Under the pieces are notes generated by a model. The model was not told the origin of the DNA. It was given only the letters and a program-made list of their open reading frames with translations, and did no database searches. Both the position numbers and the translations under genes were made by a program. A DNA stretch of 24,000 nucleotides from positions 3,087,837-3,111,836 of the forward strand of contig CP019454.1 in NCBI GenBank assembly GCA_002951815.1, in the 5' to 3' direction. Below, one piece after another: positions 17,157 through 24,000 of the stretch (within the stretch, counting starts at the first letter, position 1; the number at the start of each line of letters is the position of its first letter). The stretch comes from Sulfobacillus thermotolerans. GTDB taxonomy: Bacteria > Bacillota > Sulfobacillia > Sulfobacillales > Sulfobacillaceae.

Positions 17157-18768
17157 CGCCATATCGAGAACTCCAAGGCATAGCCTGACGGGGTTTTGGA
17201 TTCTCTGGGTTGGCCTTTGCACAGCTCCTCTGTTAGCCTATGCGTCTCCGTTATGGCAAAACATTTTAGCGGACACTCCTATTGCCGATTTGATTTGGAT
17301 TCCCATCTTGGCCATAGGATGGGCCTCATGGAATTTGCTGGCCGTCCCTTTTGAAGGACCTGATGATAGTGAACTCGATGCGATTTTGGGCATCAGTCTT
17401 GCCGCTATTACAGGGCTGGCTCTCATCGTTGGACCTGCGCGTTGGCCTACGGCGTTTGTCTTTGATCATGCTGGACTCCTCCTCTGGCCGCTTTGGATCT
17501 TAGCGATGACGTGGCTTTTTTGGGGTATTGGCGCGACTCGCAAAGTGCTAGGTCCGCTCGTCTACTTATTACTGGTCTGGCCCCCGGTCTTTGAAGCTAT
17601 TGCTAACGCCACGCAGACCCTTTTGGTGACTTGGGCCATTCGCATTCTTCAATATTCCACAGCCTCTTTTGGATGGATCCACGCAATTCAACCCTTTGGG
17701 ACGTTTAATGTCGCGTACGGGCATATCGAGTTTCCTGTAATTGTTGCCGAAGCCTGCAGCGGGGCGGATAGTTTGTTAGGCGCCGCTATCGTCATCCCCG
17801 TTATTTGGTTTTTGCTAAACGGCAGATGGCAACACAAGCTCTATCTTAGCTTGATTGCACTCACCGGCGCTCTGGTTTTGAATTGGATCCGGCTCATAGC
17901 GATTGTCCTAGCCGTTCATATCATTGGTCCCCATTTTACCTTTTCCTATATCCATCCGGTACTAGGATTCGTGCTCTTTGCCATGCTGACTGTGGTCTTA
18001 ATTGGGTTAATGAGGCCTTTCGGCTTATCCATGCCGTCTCCCCAAGAAAACCGGTCGATCCCTCACGCAGGCGTTGGTCGGCTCATTGCCGCCATTTTAC
18101 TATCTGGCCTGGTGTTCTATTTGCTCACCCCTTTGTTTTCCCTAGCCAAAGGGAGTTTCGGCAAGCCCCAGCCCATCTCCCACAACGCCCTCAGTGCCTT
18201 GATTCCAGACCTTCGGGGCTTCATGAGCGCATCGGTATACCATGCCAATGAATCCTCGATTTTAGGGCCGCATTCGGCTACACTTGCCGACATGTACGTC
18301 GATACGCACACCGGCCACGAAGCTTTGGTCGAGGTCTGGAGCGCTGCCAATGCCAATATGCTGGCAGCTTATGGGTTTCATAATTGTCTGTTGTATCATG
18401 GGGACAACATCGCCGCGGCCCAGTCCTTTCAACTGATTCCGGGCATTGTGGCCACCGCCTATGCGGTTACCTTGCCCGCCAACTACGTGGGAGGACCGAG
18501 ATCCACATATGTTGATATTGAGTGGACAGATTCGGTCAAGCAGCCTGATGGCGTGCGGTACTTGCGGTGGTCGCTTGCGGCTTTTCCGGCCAGTGCCCCA
18601 TCGCTTTCGTCATCCAGCCCTATTCGGTTAGATCCGCTCACGGTATCTGAAGCCATGGTTGCACCCCGCACTCACGGAACATGGACGGGAGCCATCGCGA
18701 CAACCAAAACCAATCTCATCACCATGGCTGAACGCATTCTTCACCAAAGTTTGCAGCCCAAGGCTTAG
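17143..18768 (+). CDS. Exosortase/archaeosortase-family transpeptidase fused to an EpsI-like (DUF3485-type) C-terminal domain
   Basis: 541 aa. The N-terminal roughly 320 aa are polytopic and carry the family signature in order: VIVAEACSGADSLL (Cys205, codon 17755-17757), LNWIRLIAIV (Arg), AVHIIGPHF / YIHPVLG (His). The C-terminal roughly 210 aa are soluble and contain EALVEVWSAANANMLAAYGFHNCLLYHGDNI, which resembles the EpsI HxPxxC..G core. Confidence 0.75.
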   Translation: MTKNSAISRTPRHSLTGFWILWVGLCTAPLLAYASPLWQNILADTPIADLIWIPILAIGWASWNLLAVPFEGPDDSELDAILGISLAAITGLALIVGPARWPTAFVFDHAGLLLWPLWILAMTWLFWGIGATRKVLGPLVYLLLVWPPVFEAIANATQTLLVTWAIRILQYSTASFGWIHAIQPFGTFNVAYGHIEFPVIVAEACSGADSLLGAAIVIPVIWFLLNGRWQHKLYLSLIALTGALVLNWIRLIAIVLAVHIIGPHFTFSYIHPVLGFVLFAMLTVVLIGLMRPFGLSMPSPQENRSIPHAGVGRLIAAILLSGLVFYLLTPLFSLAKGSFGKPQPISHNALSALIPDLRGFMSASVYHANESSILGPHSATLADMYVDTHTGHEALVEVWSAANANMLAAYGFHNCLLYHGDNIAAAQSFQLIPGIVATAYAVTLPANYVGGPRSTYVDIEWTDSVKQPDGVRYLRWSLAAFPASAPSLSSSSPIRLDPLTVSEAMVAPRTHGTWTGAIATTKTNLITMAERILHQSLQPKA

Positions 18769-18925
18769 TTCATTCCACGCCTTTTGGGAATCTGACAGGT
18801 TTCTTAAAGGGGTCTCGTAAAAAGAAGCATCGACGGAGCTCTATATCTTTTCAGGTTTAGCGGTCTTTATGGAAAGCGAACCGACGCCACAGCTCTTGGT
18901 GCTTGCATGCGCAAGGAGGCATCTC

Positions 18926-19969
18926 ATGCATTATTTACGTTTATTATTCGCGAGCGCCCTGGCGTTAACTTTGGCAGGGTGTGGCCAAAAAGCTGCCGTT
19001 CAGCCCGTTGCCACACACCCACCCCACAAGGTGCACGTCGTTGCCAAGCCTTTAGTAGCTCCCCCTTGGCCCACAGTTCAATCAGGCATCAATGTCGAGG
19101 TGTGGAATACCCCGACCCCTTCTCAAATTGATGGCGTGATAAATGCTGTGGCTGCCTTGCACGTTCGCACCGTTGCCATTGTTATTCCTTTCGGACAAAG
19201 CAATTGGCAAGCCAATAATGTTGGCCCTGTGCATTTTACGCCGTCGCCCCGTGTCATTCGCCAGGTCATTTTGCAAGCGTACCACGATCATCTCAGCGTC
19301 ATGCTTCGTCCCATGTTAGACGAGGGCACGTTAACGCCTTCAGGTCATTGGCGTGGTGATATTGCACCGCAGTCATTGAACAGCTGGTTTAAGCACTATG
19401 CCCAGGCTCTCACCCCTTACGCTGCATTAGGACAACAAGAGCATGTCGGGGCTTTTGATATCGGCACAGAGCTCTCGTCAATAGAAAGCGATAACCAAGG
19501 CTGGGATACGGTTATACACGCGGTGAAACAGGTATATCAAGGCCCGCTCTTGTACTCGTTTAATTGGAATAGCCCGAGCTTAGCTGCCCTGCCACCATGG
19601 ACCAAACAATTAACGTGGATTGGTCTTGATGCCTATTATCCACTCAATACGCCTTCCGGTACCGAGTCGGCTTTGGTGCAGGCATGGCAGCCTTGGATAT
19701 CACAAACCGCTAAAATCCCTAACCTCGTCATCACGGAACTCGGCGTTATGCCCAAGCCTCATGCTTGGCAAGCCCCATGGGTCTGGGATCCTCCGGGACC
19801 AACGAACTGGTCCGTGCAAGCCCAATATGACGCAGCTGCCATTAAAGCGTGGCAGGGCCATGCCCAGGGTCTCTATTGGTGGGGCGTCATGCTGCCACGC
19901 TCAGGCCAAGGCGCCTCATTTGACCCCATTTGGCACCCGAGTGCGGCCGTGATTCAAACGGCATGGTAA
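18926..19969 (+). CDS. Lipoprotein, clan GH-A-like TIM-barrel glycoside hydrolase candidate
   Basis: I prefer the ATG at 18926 (AAGGAGG SD 6 nt upstream; MHYLRLLFASALALTLAGCG lipobox) over the track start at 18869. Candidate catalytic glutamates lie in FDIGTELSS and LVITELGV, about 90 aa apart as in (beta/alpha)8 retaining hydrolases. Confidence 0.6.
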   Translation: MHYLRLLFASALALTLAGCGQKAAVQPVATHPPHKVHVVAKPLVAPPWPTVQSGINVEVWNTPTPSQIDGVINAVAALHVRTVAIVIPFGQSNWQANNVGPVHFTPSPRVIRQVILQAYHDHLSVMLRPMLDEGTLTPSGHWRGDIAPQSLNSWFKHYAQALTPYAALGQQEHVGAFDIGTELSSIESDNQGWDTVIHAVKQVYQGPLLYSFNWNSPSLAALPPWTKQLTWIGLDAYYPLNTPSGTESALVQAWQPWISQTAKIPNLVITELGVMPKPHAWQAPWVWDPPGPTNWSVQAQYDAAAIKAWQGHAQGLYWWGVMLPRSGQGASFDPIWHPSAAVIQTAW

Positions 19970-20047
19970 ATAAAAGGACCACCGCGTCGTGCGGATCTTG
20001 TCAGATAACGACACCCATTGGCGGAAAGTCGGGAAGATCATTAATGC

Positions 20048-20077
20048 ATTATCCCCCCACCGTGTTGGGGGGATAAT
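20048..20077. terminator. GC-cored hairpin between convergent genes
   Basis: 12-bp perfect arms ATTATCCCCCCA / TGGGGGGATAAT with a 6-nt loop. There is no clear T-run. Confidence 0.45.
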
Positions 20078-20282
20078 CCTTCTGTCAAATACAATATTAC
20101 CAATACTGATTATTTCTTGACCAACCTATCAATGGAGAAGCCGTACCTCTTCACATGAAAAATGTCAAAGCCGTTATCAAATCCAATATCCAAACACAGT
20201 AGCAACAGCGGGGTTAGCAGCGTACCCGTAAGAGATAGAGCCCTCATAACGAGGGCTAAATACGCCGTTGCCATAAAAGGCC

Positions 20283-20485
20283 GTGTCCACAAAACATCCA
20301 CGAAAACGCCGTCTCAATGCATGTAAAAAGAAAGTGGAACTCGTAAACAAAACCCGTCTCGAACTCTCAAGGAACAATCTATCACAAGGTCTAGGTCGAC
20401 TCTACGATAAACGCCGGACGGTTGAAAGACGATTGGCGTGTCTAAAACACTTGCGTCTTGGGAGGAGATTAATGCTTAAAACCCG
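20283..20485 (+). pseudogene. Possible relic of an IS5/IS4-type DDE transposase C-terminus
   Basis: The ORF tail LYDKRRTVERRLACLKHLR...TRY resembles the conserved Y..R..(V/I)E..F..LK..R....RY end of IS5-like transposases. Upstream frames are broken. No inverted repeats were identified. Confidence 0.2.
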
Positions 20486-22732
20486 TTACACAGCCGATTC
20501 TTGTGCAGAGTTCCCCATGACCGAGGTGACATCATAGGGTGCTGTGCTTAATCCGTGTACGGTTTTTTCCCAATGAGATGGCCGTGTGATCAGCTGCATT
20601 AAGGCTTTCCAAGACGCTAAAGACATCATGCTCCAATAAATGGGGGTCAGCACCGTATACGGTACCAGCTCCCAATTCCCTCGTTTGGCTACCCCCAACG
20701 CGTTAATATAGGTAAAGATGAAATTGCCGGCTAACAGATTAATCATACCTAAGTAATAGATGCCCGGAGGAAATAACGACGGAATCACATGCCAGTGGGT
20801 CATAAACCACAAACTCGTAAGAAACCAATACAGCGGGTTTAACAAAAACATGAGGGGAGTCCCTAAAATAGACATTTGAAATCCCCAAAATCCTCGTGCT
20901 CCCATGGACCGGTAGAGTTTAATGGGATGGCGCATATGCACCAACCATGTTTGAATATAACCTTTAATCCACCGTGAGCGTTGGCGAACCCAATTGACAA
21001 ATTCAGAGTTGGCCTCTTCATACGTATTCGAATCGATGACGGAAGCATAGTAACCGGCTTTGTAAAGGCGAATGCCTAGGTCCGCATCTTCGGTAACATT
21101 GTAGGGATCCCATCCTCCTAACTCGCGCAAGCGGTCAATGCGAAAATGGTTCGATGTCCCCCCTAAAGGAATGGGCAGCTTAGCGCGATATAACGCCGGT
21201 AAAAAGAGGTCAAACCACGATGCATACTCCGCCGTGAACCACCGCGTTAATAGGTTTTGTTCCGCATTAAAATAGGAGAGCTTGGCCTGGACACACGCCA
21301 GTTTATCGTCATGCTGACGAAATGCCACAATGGCTTTTTTGAGTTGCAAAGGTTCAGGCAGATCTTCCGCATCAAAAATGGTTACGTACTCCCCTCTGGC
21401 CAGTTGCAGTCCGTAATTGCAGGCTTTGGGCTTAGTGCGTGGCTCGCTTGGGGGGACAATCACGATATCGATGAAGTGCGGTAAGTTAGCGGCCTTTGCG
21501 GCCGCAATCGTGTCCTCGTCGTCAGCTTCAAGCAGTAACTTGACGTCGAGTCGGTCCTTTGGATAGTCAAGAGCATTTAGTGCCCGTGTTAGAGTTGGCA
21601 AGACGGCCGCTTCTTCACGGGCTGGTACTAAAATCGTATAAATCGGTAAATCGCGCTCGTCTAATGCCGCAACCATATCCTGACTCCCTAAGGCGGAATC
21701 AGGAATATCCGTGCCTTGGCGAATCATCCACAGACGATAGGCGATAGTCACAGAGTACATAATGATAAGCAAGCTACTGAGGACCGATATGGCCACACTA
21801 GGATGCCACACTAAGAGCGCGACGACACAAGCTAAGGTGACCGCAACACTAACCCATTGTCTTCGTGTCATAGTCTTTCGGGCAGAATCTTCAGGCCGAA
21901 CGGTAGCCAGGTGGTCACGGCTCATAGCCATATCAACAACGTGAAATCGGGCCGTTAACACGGCCTCAATATCACGCTTGCCAGACACCATAACTTGAGG
22001 AGCAGAGGGCAAAAGACGCTCTAATTCCTCCACCGCTTGTTGTGACTGCCACGGATCTTCGACAGCCAGCACAGCCGCCGACCCACTCCATCCAATGGGT
22101 ACCATCCGGGCTTGGCGCCAAAACTGTTCCTCCCTTAGAGCCCAGACATGGCTCAGATTGGGTTCGTGGGCAATTTTTTCTGGATCTTGTGCTAACAAGT
22201 TTACTTCCGGAAGGTTGAGTTGCGACGCTACAACCCGGGCCACCCCCCAATAAGTGAGGACCCGGTGCTGAACCAAAATTTGGCCGAGTTTTCCACCGCG
22301 CCGTGCCTGTTCTGCCAACGCGCTGTCAACATCGCGCGAGGAAATGAGCCCTAAACGTCTCGCGGTTTCTCCGAAATAAGATGATGGCCGCACATCATGG
22401 TGTTCACCCAAGACGCGTCGGTACGCGTGAGCAATGCTCCGCGCACTCGCACGGTAAAGTGTTACCGGCACGACAATGCGTCCTAATAAAGCTCGTGCGT
22501 CATCACTTAAGGGAAACACCGCAGCCACACAGACCCTGCCCGAATCAAACCGAAAGGCTAGCAGGCCAGCCTTTTGTGCACTGGCCGCATCTAACATGAG
22601 TGCTGCACTCGGGTCAACGGGGTCATGGATTTGTCCCTGAGAATTCCTTGTGGGAAAGAGGTCGATGCTCTCAATGTCCTCTTGAGATATCGCGGCCATG
22701 GAATCCACAAAATGACTCGGATCGACTATCAT
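20486..22732 (-). CDS. Processive family-2 glycosyltransferase (exopolysaccharide synthase) with N-terminal T2SSE_N/MshEN-like domain
   Basis: 748 aa. The N-terminal roughly 290 aa carry two tandem 24-residue MshEN-like motifs, YFGETARRLGLISSRDVDSALAEQ and KLGQILVQHRVLTYWGVARVVASQ, separated by the spacer ARRGG (nt 22220-22378). TM helices follow, then a GT2 core with YTILVPAREE, FDAEDLP and RQRSRWIKGY (QxxRW), then C-terminal TM helices. Confidence 0.85.
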   Translation of the reverse strand: MIVDPSHFVDSMAAISQEDIESIDLFPTRNSQGQIHDPVDPSAALMLDAASAQKAGLLAFRFDSGRVCVAAVFPLSDDARALLGRIVVPVTLYRASARSIAHAYRRVLGEHHDVRPSSYFGETARRLGLISSRDVDSALAEQARRGGKLGQILVQHRVLTYWGVARVVASQLNLPEVNLLAQDPEKIAHEPNLSHVWALREEQFWRQARMVPIGWSGSAAVLAVEDPWQSQQAVEELERLLPSAPQVMVSGKRDIEAVLTARFHVVDMAMSRDHLATVRPEDSARKTMTRRQWVSVAVTLACVVALLVWHPSVAISVLSSLLIIMYSVTIAYRLWMIRQGTDIPDSALGSQDMVAALDERDLPIYTILVPAREEAAVLPTLTRALNALDYPKDRLDVKLLLEADDEDTIAAAKAANLPHFIDIVIVPPSEPRTKPKACNYGLQLARGEYVTIFDAEDLPEPLQLKKAIVAFRQHDDKLACVQAKLSYFNAEQNLLTRWFTAEYASWFDLFLPALYRAKLPIPLGGTSNHFRIDRLRELGGWDPYNVTEDADLGIRLYKAGYYASVIDSNTYEEANSEFVNWVRQRSRWIKGYIQTWLVHMRHPIKLYRSMGARGFWGFQMSILGTPLMFLLNPLYWFLTSLWFMTHWHVIPSLFPPGIYYLGMINLLAGNFIFTYINALGVAKRGNWELVPYTVLTPIYWSMMSLASWKALMQLITRPSHWEKTVHGLSTAPYDVTSVMGNSAQESAV

Positions 22733-22950
22733 GAGATATTTCCTTTCTGGGAATTCTCGACTGGCTGAGGCGGATGCAAAACGGTTTTCCTTTTGTGATT
22801 CTGCTGGGAGGACAAGGAGGCATAAACAATAATCATTCCCCCAAAGAGCACAAGCGGGAGAATATCAATAGTCCAAAACATCAACAACATGGCCACGAGA
22901 AATATTGCTACGCTACCTGCAGTCCAAACACTGCGTCTCAAAGTCTTCAT
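22729..22950 (-). CDS. Small two-TM membrane protein, translationally coupled (ATGA overlap) to the GT2 synthase
   Basis: The product is MKTLRRSVWTAGSVAIFLVAMLLMFWTIDILPLVLFGGMIIVYASL.... A GAGGTGG-type SD lies upstream. Its stop overlaps the GT2 ATG. The alternative ATG at 22962 has no spacing to the SD. Confidence 0.55.
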   Translation of the reverse strand: MKTLRRSVWTAGSVAIFLVAMLLMFWTIDILPLVLFGGMIIVYASLSSQQNHKRKTVLHPPQPVENSQKGNIS

Positions 22951-23131
22951 CGTCCACCTCATCCTCTCGCCATCCTAAAGCGTTAATCACATCGTAGATG
23001 GTTTCCTGTGCTCATTGTAAAGAATAGGGTCTCGCGATACCGTACCAGCTAGCGTCTCAGACTGCGTCTTACAATCCCATCGTTACCGGCGCAAACTGGT
23101 AAATATTTTGCGGTTTTGACCTGTTTAAATC

Positions 23132-23161
23132 TTGAACATTCTTTGCATCTAGGATTACTAT
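23132..23161 (+). promoter_or_regulatory. Candidate sigma-A-type promoter for the riboswitch-led transcript
   Basis: TTGAAC (23132-23137), an 18-nt spacer, then TACTAT (23156-23161), about 45 nt upstream of the aptamer core. Confidence 0.3.
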
Positions 23162-23204
23162 GAGATTAGAAAAACTTGGAAGAACCAAGTCAAGCATTGA
23201 AACG

Positions 23205-23300
23205 GCCGATAAGGGCAAACCTGATTGAAAAACAGGGACGCAAAACTAAAGGGGCTTCTTACCATTACGGTAAATGCCAGCCAGTTGCCGAAACGGGACA
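23205..23300 (+). promoter_or_regulatory. c-di-GMP-I (GEMM-I) riboswitch aptamer
   Basis: The sequence reads aaGGGCAAACCtgattGAAAaacagGGACGCAAAaCtaaaGGGGc..(hairpin TTACC/GGTAA)..gCCAGCCAGTTGCCGAAa. This matches the GEMM-I core as I recall it: GGCAAACC, a GNRA-type hairpin, GGGACGCAAAGCC, a second hairpin, then AGCCGGGUUACCGA. GGCAA and TTGCC can close P1. Confidence 0.75.
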
Positions 23301-23308
23301 TTGGATTT

Positions 23309-23340
23309 GAGACCGTCCCGCTTTCCGGGAGGTCTCGTTT
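23309..23340 (+). terminator. Riboswitch expression-platform terminator
   Basis: GAGACCGTCCCG / CGGGAGGTCTC form an 11-bp stem with one bulge and a 5-nt loop, followed by GTTTCAT, ending 33 nt before the ATG. The upstream CGGGAC (23294-23299) can instead pair with GTCCCG (23315-23320) as an antiterminator. Confidence 0.55.
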
Positions 23341-23372
23341 CATGTCGGAGGACATGAAAGGAAGAAAATCCA

Positions 23373-24000
23373 ATGACGCCGATGGTTAAATTGATGGCGC
23401 TTAGTGCGCTGGCGCTCCCATTAACTTTTCTTTCCGTGAACCATTCCGTTTCCACGGTAGCAAGTAACGCGGTTCTTGCTGCGCCCCCCCTTACCACCTC
23501 GATAAGCCGCAATGATTTCGGCATTGACGTGTTTTCCTATGATAGTCAGTTAAATCTCCCCTCCACCATACCAACCCTGCAAACACTGGGCATGGGAATG
23601 CAGCAATTTCCTAACGACAACCAGTGGAGTTGGGTCAGCAATACATTTCGCAACGGGGGGACCGGTGCGGTGTCACTTAATGACTGGTCCCATATCTTAC
23701 AGGCTACGGATAATAGCGGCTTATTTATCTTTAATTATGATGAGAACCCAACGTTCACCGGCGGAGGAGATGCCCAAGACGCTACTCTTCTCACGCAATA
23801 TATCGTGAGTCATCATCTTCCCATTTCCGCTATTGTCATTGGTAGCGAGGAATATGGTCCCTGGGATTTTGCCGCCAACATGAATCCCTCGCACTCTGCC
23901 GCCTATTATGCGCAAAGTGCGGCTCAGATCGCCCAAGCGATCCATGCGGTTGATCCCGCAATGAAAGTCGGCATTTCTTTCTCTGTAGGAATGGGCTCGT
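23373..24000 (+). CDS. Secreted glycoside-hydrolase-like protein (TIM-barrel, GH-A-like), 3' end beyond the window
   Basis: Hand translation gives MTPMVKLMALSALALPLTFLSVNHSVSTVASNAVLAAPP... (signal peptide), then FGIDVFSYD..., LFIFNYDENPTF and AIVIGSEEYGPWDF, which resembles the IGNEP acid/base strand. The frame stays open to the window end. It is not in the ORF track because there is no stop in the window. Confidence 0.6.
   Translation, partial: MTPMVKLMALSALALPLTFLSVNHSVSTVASNAVLAAPPLTTSISRNDFGIDVFSYDSQLNLPSTIPTLQTLGMGMQQFPNDNQWSWVSNTFRNGGTGAVSLNDWSHILQATDNSGLFIFNYDENPTFTGGGDAQDATLLTQYIVSHHLPISAIVIGSEEYGPWDFAANMNPSHSAAYYAQSAAQIAQAIHAVDPAMKVGISFSVGMGS

Noticed and set aside
17238-18671. ORFs 17238..17426 (-), 17883..18251 (+), 18117..18356 (-), 18446..18631 (+) and 18483..18671 (-)
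   Set aside because: They are embedded in the exosortase ORF in other frames.
18869-18925. Track start at 18869 for the hydrolase-like lipoprotein
   Set aside because: The internal ATG at 18926 has a perfect AAGGAGG SD and begins a canonical lipoprotein signal peptide. The 19 extra residues are acidic and Pro-rich.
20110-20377. ORFs 20110..20301 and 20177..20377 (-)
   Set aside because: They have TTG or weak starts and no SD, overlap each other in different frames, and show no motifs. They may be part of the same decayed region as the putative IS relic.
20863-22599. ORFs antisense to or out of frame within the GT2 gene (20863..21048, 21257..21484, 21559..21747, 21762..21944, 21972..22250, 22381..22599)
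   Set aside because: The GT2 frame carries the D,D,D,QxxRW motifs and TM helices. The others are shadow ORFs.
23158-23524. ORFs 23158..23373 and 23246..23524 (-)
   Set aside because: They lie antisense to the GEMM-I aptamer and terminator and to the signal peptide of the + strand hydrolase-like gene. They have no SD.
1-24000. CRISPR arrays, tRNA/rRNA genes and intact mobile elements
   Set aside because: I saw no spaced repeats beyond the 3 x 10-bp array at 15253-15278, no tRNA-like T-arm or acceptor patterns, and no intact transposase or integrase. This was a by-eye scan only, so small elements could have been missed.

Overview
Read by eye only; no searches or computations were run. The 24 kb window looks like chromosomal DNA from a Gram-positive-type bacterium, judged from GGAGG-like Shine-Dalgarno sites, LAGC lipoboxes and hairpin-plus-T terminators. 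A G1 glutamic peptidase and a DsrE-like gene suggest an acidophile such as Sulfobacillus or Alicyclobacillus, but that is a guess. Left half (1-11.5 kb): a 3'-truncated STAND-like P-loop NTPase with an HTH tail, a DsrE-like protein, lspA, a BlaI/BlaR1-like repressor and M56 sensor-protease pair, a Big-domain lipoprotein, a membrane-anchored protein, a LysR regulator divergent from a polytopic membrane protein, a 55-aa zinc-ribbon protein missed by the ORF track, a DUF318/ArsP-type permease behind a roughly 510-nt unexplained leader, and a G1 (eqolisin) peptidase. Right half (11.6-24 kb) is a cell-surface island and the most interesting part. It holds a 1214-aa secreted Ig-like repeat protein, a small secreted protein with a PEP-CTERM-like tail (LPEVP, hydrophobic helix, RRR), an AGDEF diguanylate cyclase, and an exosortase-family protein fused to an EpsI-like domain. 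It also holds a GH-A-like lipoprotein, a processive GT2 synthase with an MshEN-like (c-di-GMP receptor type) N-terminus, and a GEMM-I c-di-GMP riboswitch with a terminator in front of a second secreted glycoside-hydrolase-like gene. Together these suggest an exosortase-linked exopolysaccharide and surface-protein system with c-di-GMP inputs at the synthesis, protein-receptor and RNA levels. No rRNA, tRNA or CRISPR array was seen; the only candidate mobile DNA is a weak IS-transposase relic.
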